A DNA stretch of 64,000 bases from a candidate division FCPU426 bacterium (GTDB lineage: Bacteria > Oederibacteriota > Muellerivitia > Muellerivitales > Muellerivitaceae), in NCBI GenBank assembly GCA_963847625.1, contig CAWKAR010000063.1, positions 1-64,000 on the forward strand. The letters run 5' to 3'. Both the position numbers and the translations under genes were made by a program. Under the pieces are notes generated by a model. It had not been told where the DNA came from. It was given only the letters and a program-made list of their open reading frames with translations, and did not search any database. Below, one piece after another: positions 1 through 7,453 of this stretch (within the stretch, counting starts at the first letter, position 1; each line of letters begins with the position of its first letter).

Positions 1-295
1 CCAAGATCAAATGGTCTTTTAAATTGCGGTAAAGACGGTCGGTTTTTTCAACCAAAACCACTTTGCAGAAAGGATTTTTCTTGAGGTAATTCACCATTAA
101 CCCGAAATTTTCCCTTCCTGATGCTTTGGCGGTTTCAATGTCCTCAAACTCTTGAACCACTTCTAAACCGTTATTCAAGGCATATCCCCTTAAGAGCTGG
201 TATTGTGCAGGGATCGAATAGCCTTCCTTTTCTTGATCCTTGGAAGAAACACGGACGTATAGGACAGCTTCCTTCAATTCACTTGGTTGATTCAT
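1..295 (-). CDS. Serine recombinase (resolvase/large serine recombinase family), N-terminal catalytic domain; continues beyond the left window edge
   Basis: Not in the ORF track. Manual translation from ATG 295 gives MNQPSELKEAVLYVRVSSKDQEKEGYSIPAQYQLLRGYA...SGRENFGLMV...VLVEKTDRLYRN, with the YxRVS catalytic Ser motif and the DRLxR motif. Start overlaps the end of the RHH gene. Confidence 0.92.
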   Translation of the reverse strand, partial: MNQPSELKEAVLYVRVSSKDQEKEGYSIPAQYQLLRGYALNNGLEVVQEFEDIETAKASGRENFGLMVNYLKKNPFCKVVLVEKTDRLYRNLKDHLIL

Positions 296-494
296 TGGCT
301 TCCCCCTGCTTCAAAGGTTTTTGTTTTCCGCCCTTAACTTTTTTCCTCAAGGCATTTCGGATGGTTTTTTCCGTCCAGCTTTGAAGGGTGGTTCTTAATT
401 CCGCTACCCTGATTTTAAGACGGGTATGGGTGGAAGATGAAAGCCTAATGTGAATCAGCTTCCCTTTTCTTTTGGAAATTCTCAGTTCTTCCAT
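279..494 (-). CDS. Small basic ribbon-helix-helix-like DNA-binding protein
   Basis: 71 aa; pattern LIHIRLSSSTHTRLKIRVAE...LQSWTEKTIRNAL fits a beta strand plus two helices; overlaps the recombinase start. Confidence 0.6.
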   Translation of the reverse strand: MEELRISKRKGKLIHIRLSSSTHTRLKIRVAELRTTLQSWTEKTIRNALRKKVKGGKQKPLKQGEANESTK

Positions 495-558
495 TTTTCG
501 CCTTCATTCAGGCCGAAAAGAAAACAAAGTGGATATAAATGTAGCCACTTTTCCATTT

Positions 559-744
559 TCAGGGCCTATTTACAGGTGGTTCAGAACAATTTGGAGTATT
601 TTTTTCGGCCAGGGCATGAAGAAAGTTCACGGCGGTATCGGAAAATTGGCGTGCATCTTCACGGGTTAAAGGCCGTGAAAAATACGGTTGCCAAACCTTG
701 AGCGTGTATTCGATGAACTCTTCTTTTGAAAGATTCTTTTCCAT
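559..744 (-). CDS. Small hypothetical protein (VWQPYFSRPLTREDARQ motif) upstream of the RHH/recombinase genes
   Basis: ORF 559..756, likely ATG at 744 (MEKNLS); same strand as its neighbours. Confidence 0.6.
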   Translation of the reverse strand: MEKNLSKEEFIEYTLKVWQPYFSRPLTREDARQFSDTAVNFLHALAEKNTPNCSEPPVNRP

Positions 745-795
745 GATCCCGGCCAAGAAATAAAAATTACTCTTGGCGCAAGGATACGGCTAGGA

Positions 796-859
796 GGGGG
801 TAACTACCGGGGGAAGAACTGGGATTTTAAGGGGAATCTTCTGGGAATATTATTCCCAG
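796..859. repeat. Phased GGGAA/GGGAT array (10-11 bp period) ending in an inverted copy
   Basis: Cores at 811, 821, 832 and 843; CTGGGAAT-att-ATTCCCAG palindrome at 841-859. Confidence 0.65.
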
Positions 860-1434
860 TTAAGATTCATTCGAAATGTCCCTTTGCACTCACCTGAAAC
901 AATAAGAGTTTTAAAGGCTTCTTTTTTGTTTTTGAAAACATCTCGGAGCCTTTGGCTACAAATCTCTAATCCTTCAAGTAATGCGCTTTGGTGCATTACA
1001 GGGATTCGGCTTTCAAATGCCTTCCAAAGCCTTTCAACTACACGGGATTGATTTGTGGTTAATTCATATTTTTTATCCCCCCAATTGATAAATCTGAAAT
1101 CCTCGGAATGGTTGTATTGAGGGATTTGGGGTTTCACGGGTTCAGAAACAGTAGGTGTTTCGGAGGCGGTAATAACGCTTTTTTCCATTGGAGCAGGTTC
1201 AGCTTTGACAACGGAAGTATTGGTTACATCAATGATTTGTCCATTCAGTTCCGGTTTTGGGGTATCACTGGGCTTCTCGTTCCTCTTGTAAATTTCCACT
1301 CCATCCTTTTGGCCTAACCGATAGATAAGAAACATGATCCAAGCTAAAGCAAATCCAAGCACAATACCTATTCCCAGGGTCCACCAAGCGATTTTGGCGG
1401 GTTTTTTAACTTCAATTGCTTGATCGTTAGTCAT
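850..1434 (-). CDS. Membrane-anchored protein with Pro-rich linker and C-terminal winged-helix-like domain
   Basis: One N-terminal TM helix (IAWWTLGIGIVLGFALAWIMFLIY); RBS GAGG upstream; C-terminus DFRFINWGDKKYELTTNQSRVVERLW...RLRDVFK...GECKGTFRMNL resembles OmpR-type wHTH topology. Confidence 0.65.
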   Translation of the reverse strand: MTNDQAIEVKKPAKIAWWTLGIGIVLGFALAWIMFLIYRLGQKDGVEIYKRNEKPSDTPKPELNGQIIDVTNTSVVKAEPAPMEKSVITASETPTVSEPVKPQIPQYNHSEDFRFINWGDKKYELTTNQSRVVERLWKAFESRIPVMHQSALLEGLEICSQRLRDVFKNKKEAFKTLIVSGECKGTFRMNLNWE

Positions 1435-1510
1435 GGTTCAACCTCATTAAAAGTAGTTAAATCCTAAAGGAATACTACTGTATGCTTTTATAACAGTCAA
1501 GAAATAGCAA

Positions 1511-1542
1511 GTGGGAATGTTATTTTCCCACTAGATTCCCAC
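1511..1542. repeat. GTGGGAA / TTCCCAC array upstream of the wHTH-like gene
   Basis: GTGGGAA at 1511; TTCCCAC at 1525 and 1536 (11 bp apart). Confidence 0.65.
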
Positions 1543-1723
1543 TTGGAGCTAAAGAGGGGATTTGAAGCGGTGAAAATCATTCTGAAATCAACCTATCCTT
1601 CCTCTGTCTAATCTCAAATAGCAAAACCAGAAAACACCCCCTGAAAATAAGTTCTTAAATTCGTTTAAGACGGGTCTATCCAGTGAACTGTTTAGCCAGA
1701 TCAGATTCAGATTTCATTCTGTC

Positions 1724-1878
1724 ATTCTTAGAATCATTCTTAAGAATGATTCTTAAGAATGGAATCCGAGATTAAAACATTGAAAAATATGGGTTTTTGG
1801 GTTCGGATTCGAGTCTGGCATTCTTAAGAATGATTCTGAGAATGGGTTTGTGGATTCTAAGAATGGCATTCTTAGAAT
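1724..1878. repeat. Seven palindromic ATTCT-N1-2-AGAAT repeats in two clusters
   Basis: Copies at 1724, 1736, 1749 and at 1820, 1833, 1854, 1868. Confidence 0.9.
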
Positions 1879-1993
1879 GGGTTTAGGGTGGGTTATGGGT
1901 ATAGGTTAATAAACTCATAAATAATGACTTTTAAGCCATGCCTAATGGGTTTATGGGTAATGGGTTGTGGGTATGGGCTTGTGGGTTATGGGT
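1879..1993. repeat. GGG-tract (mostly TGGGT) repeat clusters
   Basis: 4 GGG tracts at 1879-1899 and 7 GGG tracts at 1947-1992, separated by an AT-rich spacer. Confidence 0.85.
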
Positions 1994-2127
1994 TCGTATG
2001 GCTTTTGATGATTTCCGACTTCTTGGAACTTCAGAAACTTCAGAATATGGGGGATTTCCAAGGTTATAAAATTTTCTAAATGTCTTTAAATAATTTAGAA
2101 GGGCTACATCCTAAAGCTTTATAAAAT

Positions 2128-2262
2128 TTAACGATATTTCGGGTTGAGGGAGCCTTTAGCCACGTCCAGCCTGTTAGCCATCAACGACTGTGTCAAAAGA
2201 AAACCAAAAACCATGAGTGTTAAAATTTTTATATTTGGTTTCCTAAAGACAAAGTCTTTCAT
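2128..2262 (-). pseudogene. Truncated third copy (signal-peptide region only) of the 2365/3332 paralog family
   Basis: IKILTLMVFGFLLTQSLMANRLDV matches the N-termini of both paralogs; DNA at about 2173-2242 is similar to about 3103-3172. Confidence 0.75.
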
Positions 2263-2364
2263 TTGTACCTTGGGTAATCTCTCAAGAGCCAAAGGGGTTT
2301 TGGATGAATATCCGTCTTCTTCGGGGGTACACACACGGTTGGATAGTTCTAATGTCAACTAAAA

Positions 2365-3174
2365 TCAATGGCCTTTAGGATGGACGTTATCATGATGATC
2401 TCCATCCTCATCGTCCTCATCTCCATGATGCTTTTTCTTTTTGGTGGATTGGATTCCAAATTCATCCTGGAACTCTTTCTGCAAATTCAAAACAATTTGA
2501 CCCGTTTGTATTCCAGCATTTCTCAATTGAATGGCATTCCAAAAAGTATTATTTTTCTTTGAAATCACATTCAGTATCTCCCGCACCGTATAATTATTTC
2601 CATTAAAAGTCATTGAAATCAAATCAAGGTCAAAATCAACCGGTCCACTTACCACAGCATACCCCAACTTAGGATAGATTTTTCCATTAACGTTTACTTG
2701 ATATTTTCCTGGATATTCCGCTCCGATTTCATTTCTTAACAATCTTACGACTTCTCTTCGGTTTTTATGATCTATATCAAAATTCTTTAATCGAAGATTA
2801 AAAAGATAAGTTTCGTCATTTTCCGCGGCTTTGGGAAAAATGTTGATTATTCCATCCCGGACAACGTAAACATATTTTGGGTCTTGAGCCAGGAATTGTT
2901 CCAACAAATCCCTTAACCTCGTTCCATCGGAAACATTAAAAGAAACAATCTGCTTGTCATTCGCGACTTCCTCAAAATTTACAACAACATGCTTTTTAAA
3001 TGCCAATTTTGAAATTATTCCAAGCACTGCCCCACTTGGCAAATTTTTATAAGTATCCTTTCCGAACTGGTCAATGTGCTTGATGACTACAACATTTAGG
3101 TCGTTAGCCATCAACGACTGTGCCAAAAGAAAACCCAAAACCATGAGCATAAAAATTTTTATTTTTTGTTTCAT
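2365..3174 (-). CDS. Secreted protein with two STN/secretin-N0-like repeats and a His/Asp-rich tail (paralog 2)
   Basis: Start reassigned to MKQKIKIF (ATG 3174) by alignment with the paralog; signal peptide; repeats FNVSDGTRLRDLLEQFL..DGIINIFP and FNGNNYTVREILNVIS. Confidence 0.8.
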   Translation of the reverse strand: MKQKIKIFMLMVLGFLLAQSLMANDLNVVVIKHIDQFGKDTYKNLPSGAVLGIISKLAFKKHVVVNFEEVANDKQIVSFNVSDGTRLRDLLEQFLAQDPKYVYVVRDGIINIFPKAAENDETYLFNLRLKNFDIDHKNRREVVRLLRNEIGAEYPGKYQVNVNGKIYPKLGYAVVSGPVDFDLDLISMTFNGNNYTVREILNVISKKNNTFWNAIQLRNAGIQTGQIVLNLQKEFQDEFGIQSTKKKKHHGDEDDEDGDHHDNVHPKGH

Positions 3175-3194
3175 AAAATATTCTACCTTTCTTC

Positions 3195-3281
3195 TTATTG
3201 AAGACCAATCGGAAATGACGTTTGTATCCCGCATGGACTAAGAACTCAAGTATTAACCTGCCAAAGAGCAGTATGATCTAC
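3195..3281 (-). pseudogene. Relic alternative 3' end of the lipoprotein gene 4157..5230
   Basis: Translates VDHTALWQVNT*VLSPCGIQTSFPIGLQ*, colinear with the lipoprotein end VDVAGCLGNNTVVLSPGSVKTSYPITLQ*. Confidence 0.75.
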
Positions 3282-3331
3282 TCTCAAAGATGATTAACTT
3301 TAGTTGGAAGGATTTTTTGTTAACTTAGGAA

Positions 3332-4135
3332 TTAATTGTGGTGATGACCATCATCGTTTCCCTGATCATCGACATGATCGCCGTGTTGTGGCCGTTTTCC
3401 AGTTGACTGGATACCATACTGGTTTTCTTTCTCAAAAATCACATTCATTTGTCCAGTTTGTATTCCTGCGTTTCGCTGCTGAATGGCGTTCCAAAAAGTA
3501 TTATTTTTCCTTGATATGACGTTCAATATCTCTCGCACCGTGAAATCACTACCGTTAAAAGTCATTGGAATCAAATCGAGATCAAAATCAACGGACCCGT
3601 TAATTACCAGGTAGCCCAACATAGGGCGAACCTTGCCATTAATCATTACTTGATATTTTCCTGGATATTCCGCCTTAATTTCGTTAATCAACAGTGTCAT
3701 AATTTCTCGACGATTTTTATGGTCGACATCGAAATATTTCAACCGGAGATTAAAAAGATAGGTTTCATCCCCTTCAGTGGCTTTTGGAAAAACATTAATT
3801 ATTCCGTCCCTGATAACGTAAATGTAATTAGGATCTTGGGCGAGGAATTTTTCCAACAAGTCTCTTAATCTCGTTCCATCCGATACATTAAATGAAATTA
3901 TTTGTTTATCATTTGGAGTTTCTTCAAAATTGAGAATAACATCTTTTTGAAATGCCAACCGAGAAATAATTCCAAGTGCCTCAAAGCTTTGCAGATTTTT
4001 ATAAGAATTCTTCCCAGACTGTCCAAATTGATCATTATTCTTAATAACCACCACATTCAACTCATTAGCCAGTAGCGAGTGTATCAAGAGAAAACCAAAA
4101 ACGGCAAGTGTAAGGATTTTTATTTTATGTTTCAT
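3332..4135 (-). CDS. Secreted protein with two STN/secretin-N0-like repeats and a His/Asp-rich tail (paralog 1)
   Basis: Signal peptide; clearly homologous over its full length to 2365..3174; RBS AAGGAAGG. Confidence 0.85.
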   Translation of the reverse strand: MKHKIKILTLAVFGFLLIHSLLANELNVVVIKNNDQFGQSGKNSYKNLQSFEALGIISRLAFQKDVILNFEETPNDKQIISFNVSDGTRLRDLLEKFLAQDPNYIYVIRDGIINVFPKATEGDETYLFNLRLKYFDVDHKNRREIMTLLINEIKAEYPGKYQVMINGKVRPMLGYLVINGSVDFDLDLIPMTFNGSDFTVREILNVISRKNNTFWNAIQQRNAGIQTGQMNVIFEKENQYGIQSTGKRPQHGDHVDDQGNDDGHHHN

Positions 4136-4156
4136 GGTATAACCTTCCTTTCCCTT

Positions 4157-5230
4157 TTATTGAAGGGTAATGGGATAAGATGTTTTAACGCTCCCTGGGC
4201 TAAGAACTACAGTATTGTTTCCCAAACACCCAGCGACATCTACAACCTGATGCCACACCGCCTGGACATTTGGGTTGTCGCATAGTTGCGCATCATCTAT
4301 CTCCACTAGGTATTTATCAGGAAAAGAACCATCAGGAGCTGTCGCAGTGAATCCGACCCCAATTTTTGTGTCATAATTGACCCCATCCGTGATAAGTTCC
4401 GGAGATGTTTGTGAAGCATCTATTGTAGCCGATTCAGTGACAAGAAGTCCTGGCATAGCTTTTCCGAATTGGTCTTGGACCTGAAGATAACCCCAGTCAC
4501 TGGAATTTAAAGTCCCCCATACAAGACCTTCACAATCTCCCGTATATGGATTAAAAAATTGTTCGGACGTTATAACTGGTGGACTTTCCACCACTATCGA
4601 TGTTGGCTGTTGCGCGGTCAATTGCTGGGTACAGACCGTTTGGCGGGAGCCCAAGGTATAAGTCAGTTGAAGCGTGATGTCATTCATGGCCTTGCTCGGG
4701 CCTATCGCTTGTACCACAACGATATTATTCGTGACGGCGCCGTCGAGTTGAGCTTCGTCCGCTCCGGAAATGATGGACCATTGATAGGAACCAAAGGATT
4801 CACTGACAGTTGAAAAAAATAAATTAAATTCTCCACCCCGGCTGCAAAAATACTTTATGGTTGCCGGCCCTGTTATATTGCATGTAATTGGTGTTCCTGA
4901 AGGAGTTGGAGTTACTGATGGAGTTGGTGAAATTGTGGGTGTCGGCGAGATGGTGGACGTGAAAGTTGCTATTGGAACCGGGGTCGGGGTCTCAGAGGTG
5001 CATGGAACGGGTGTGGGCGTGCAAATTTCAGGAGTGCACCCATAACTGCAACCACAAGGGAAGGGGCAAGTGGGATCTGGTGGTGGGTCATGTTTTTTGC
5101 AAGTTTCCACAACAGAGGACGGGCTAAGAGGCGTAACCTTTTGGTTGCATCCAATTAGTCCAGTAATACCGCCAAAGAAAGCTAAACCCAATAAAAGCAG
5201 ACAACAATTTTGCCAATTCGAAAGTTTCAT
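4157..5230 (-). CDS. Putative lipoprotein: Cys-rich N-terminus, Pro/Thr linker, Ig-like domain and unknown C-terminal domain
   Basis: Likely start MKLSNW (5230); lipobox LIGC; TPTP repeats; C-terminal YLQVQDQFG..E..TAPDGSFPD segment. Confidence 0.8.
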   Translation of the reverse strand: MKLSNWQNCCLLLLGLAFFGGITGLIGCNQKVTPLSPSSVVETCKKHDPPPDPTCPFPCGCSYGCTPEICTPTPVPCTSETPTPVPIATFTSTISPTPTISPTPSVTPTPSGTPITCNITGPATIKYFCSRGGEFNLFFSTVSESFGSYQWSIISGADEAQLDGAVTNNIVVVQAIGPSKAMNDITLQLTYTLGSRQTVCTQQLTAQQPTSIVVESPPVITSEQFFNPYTGDCEGLVWGTLNSSDWGYLQVQDQFGKAMPGLLVTESATIDASQTSPELITDGVNYDTKIGVGFTATAPDGSFPDKYLVEIDDAQLCDNPNVQAVWHQVVDVAGCLGNNTVVLSPGSVKTSYPITLQ

Positions 5231-5346
5231 AAACCTTCCCCACAAAAAAAACGGATACACACTCTCGGGGAAGAAAGTTTAACTCTAGAGTCGATTTAAG
5301 TCAAAAAAATGTATTACCAAGTCATTTTTTTTGCAAAAATGAATTT

Positions 5347-6831
5347 TCATTTGATTTTAACGTTATTTTTTTGTTGTTTTATTATCCCATTTTTAAAAGA
5401 AAACAAATCGTAATGTCCCCATAAGCTTCTCTTGGTGTAATGCTTCTCAATCTCATCCAATAGCCATTGCGGCGGTGGGATGAGCTGGTCAAAATGTGAG
5501 ATCACTACATAATCCGGGAGCCGGGCCATAAACAAAGCTTCTAAACTCGCCCATTCTTGGGGCATCTTTGCCAAGTGGTTCACCAACGGTGTCCGCAAAA
5601 CAGCCATTTTTAAACCGGAATAAACATAGATTTGCGGTTCGGTGGACCACACGAAAAGCCGGTCACCTGGATGGGAAATGCTTTTGATATACAACCCAAT
5701 GTCCTTGGACTCTTTTGATCTTTCCAAGACATATTCCGAGTTTTCAATCCCGCTTTCTCCCCTTTGCCAAACCTGAGACCAAGGCGTTCCAAGGCAAAGC
5801 AACATCAGGCAGGTCAGGCTCCAAAATAAAAATTTCTTTTCCCAAATTTTGGTTAAACATTCCCCCAAACCCAAAGCCAACGGCAGAACCGCCATGAAAT
5901 AGTAATAAGTGTGGAAAAAGCCGCTGATAAGACAACAAAGAACAGAGGTCAGGAACCAAAGCAAAGTAAAAAAGTAGGCATTAAAGTTCCCCTTTATCCT
6001 ACCTATCCCCTTCCTCACAAGAAACCAGATGGTGATAAATGCGGGCAACCCATAAACCGAAAACATCTTTAAATGCCATTGCCAAATTTGGTGCCGGTAA
6101 TCCGGATGGGATAAAAAAATTTGCCAGCCCCATTCCGCGTAAATATGATTGAAACCCCAAAGCGCGTCACCTAACAACGGAAAACGCCCATCATTTAAAA
6201 AGGGAAAAACAACAACCAATGCGACCATATCCAAGCCCAAAACGAAGAATAGGGCTGCTTTGAGTTTCTCCTTGCGTACCAGGAGAAAATAAAGTGGCGC
6301 AAAAAACAAGCTGGTTGGTTTCGTGAAAAAGCTGATAGCCCACAAAATTCCCGATAATCCATTGGACCAATTTTTTCCAACAAGCACCAAGTAAAATGAA
6401 GCTAGTAAAAAAGGCTGCATCAAGACCTCGGCCTGGGGTGTCCAAGCCTGGAAAAAAGGCGGCAACAAAAGAAAGACGTAAACCCAACAAGTCAGCCAGG
6501 CGGTTCGTTTGCCATAGCCAAGCTTTTGAGCCAGGAGAAAAAGGAGAAAAACGTCAACCCAATGAAAAAGGACTGCATAAAGCCTTAAGGGAAGTTCGCC
6601 TGTTCCAAACAAGTCTTGGAGCCAAACGAAGTGCAGGAAAAGCAATGGGGGTTTATGGTCCCAAACGTCCAGGTACAGTTTGGCCCCGTTCCTTATTTCC
6701 TGGGCCACGCAGGTGAACATGCCTTCATTCGCGGAAAAGGGGACCTTAAAATAGGGTAATTCAATGAAAAATAGTGTAAGAGCTAATAAAATCCAGGTTG
6801 AAATATTTTTTATTTTGGAATTCAAAAGCAC
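5347..6831 (-). CDS. GT-C fold membrane glycosyltransferase (ArnT/PMT_2-like)
   Basis: Many TM helices; LYLDVWDHKPPL motif; FFTKP. Confidence 0.85.
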   Translation of the reverse strand: MLLNSKIKNISTWILLALTLFFIELPYFKVPFSANEGMFTCVAQEIRNGAKLYLDVWDHKPPLLFLHFVWLQDLFGTGELPLRLYAVLFHWVDVFLLFLLAQKLGYGKRTAWLTCWVYVFLLLPPFFQAWTPQAEVLMQPFLLASFYLVLVGKNWSNGLSGILWAISFFTKPTSLFFAPLYFLLVRKEKLKAALFFVLGLDMVALVVVFPFLNDGRFPLLGDALWGFNHIYAEWGWQIFLSHPDYRHQIWQWHLKMFSVYGLPAFITIWFLVRKGIGRIKGNFNAYFFTLLWFLTSVLCCLISGFFHTYYYFMAVLPLALGLGECLTKIWEKKFLFWSLTCLMLLCLGTPWSQVWQRGESGIENSEYVLERSKESKDIGLYIKSISHPGDRLFVWSTEPQIYVYSGLKMAVLRTPLVNHLAKMPQEWASLEALFMARLPDYVVISHFDQLIPPPQWLLDEIEKHYTKRSLWGHYDLFSFKNGIIKQQKNNVKIK

Positions 6832-7096
6832 CCGCCAAACTAGTTCTGGAATTTTTCAAATAATGAATTATGTTACAACTTCTTTTGGCGGACTAATAAT
6901 TAAAACCGAAACCAAATCATCGTAAAGCTTGCCCTATCCGTATCATTCACGATCGTCTTTTACGGCGCTTGATCGCCGTTGACTGCCCTTGACCATCACT
7001 TACAAAAAAGGCCCTTGCCTATTCGGGTCGTGAAACCCTTGCAAACAAAGGCCCTTAAAAATATGCTGGGGACTGAATTTTAAAACTTTTTCGTCT

Positions 7097-7232
7097 GGAC
7101 GGTGCAGAAACTCCAAGCAACTCCCTTGAGGGGAGAAGTCTAGAATGAGGGCGGAAATACCTTGATTTATTACTTCTCACCCTACCCTCGCCCGTAAGTG
7201 GAAAGGGTCTATATGAATTTTTAGAGGTGCCT
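7097..7232. mobile_element. Degenerate MITE/REP-like relic ending in an orphan IS5-type inverted repeat
   Basis: GAATTTTTAGAGGTGCC at 7215-7231 is the reverse complement of the IS left IR; preceded by CTCACCCTACCCTCGCCC..GGGAAAGGG-type hairpin remnants; left end uncertain. Confidence 0.5.
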
Positions 7233-7265
7233 TTAAAATTGGATTATGGGGAGCCGCCTTCAAAA

Positions 7266-7316
7266 GTGGAATGTGGGAATTTAGTGGGAACTTACTGGGA
7301 ATGTAGGAATTCTCAC
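7266..7316. repeat. Phased (G/C)TGGGAA array
   Basis: GTGGGAAT 7273, GTGGGAAC 7284, CTGGGAAT 7295 (11 bp period), plus degenerate flanking copies. Confidence 0.75.
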
Positions 7317-7453
7317 TTTGGGCTAGCAGTTCTAAACTCGTCCAATGCGGGGACCGATTAAATTTTGACTCGAGCGATGGGAAAGTCCGAAAACGTGATT
7401 TTTAAGTTATTCGAAGGGTACATAAATGAAAAAATATTTATTTCTAATAATAA

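Noticed and set aside
1696..2045. CRISPR array, or a coding repeat region
   Set aside because: Units are only 5-12 bp with no unique spacers, there are no cas genes, and the ORF track shows no ORF of 60 aa or more here.
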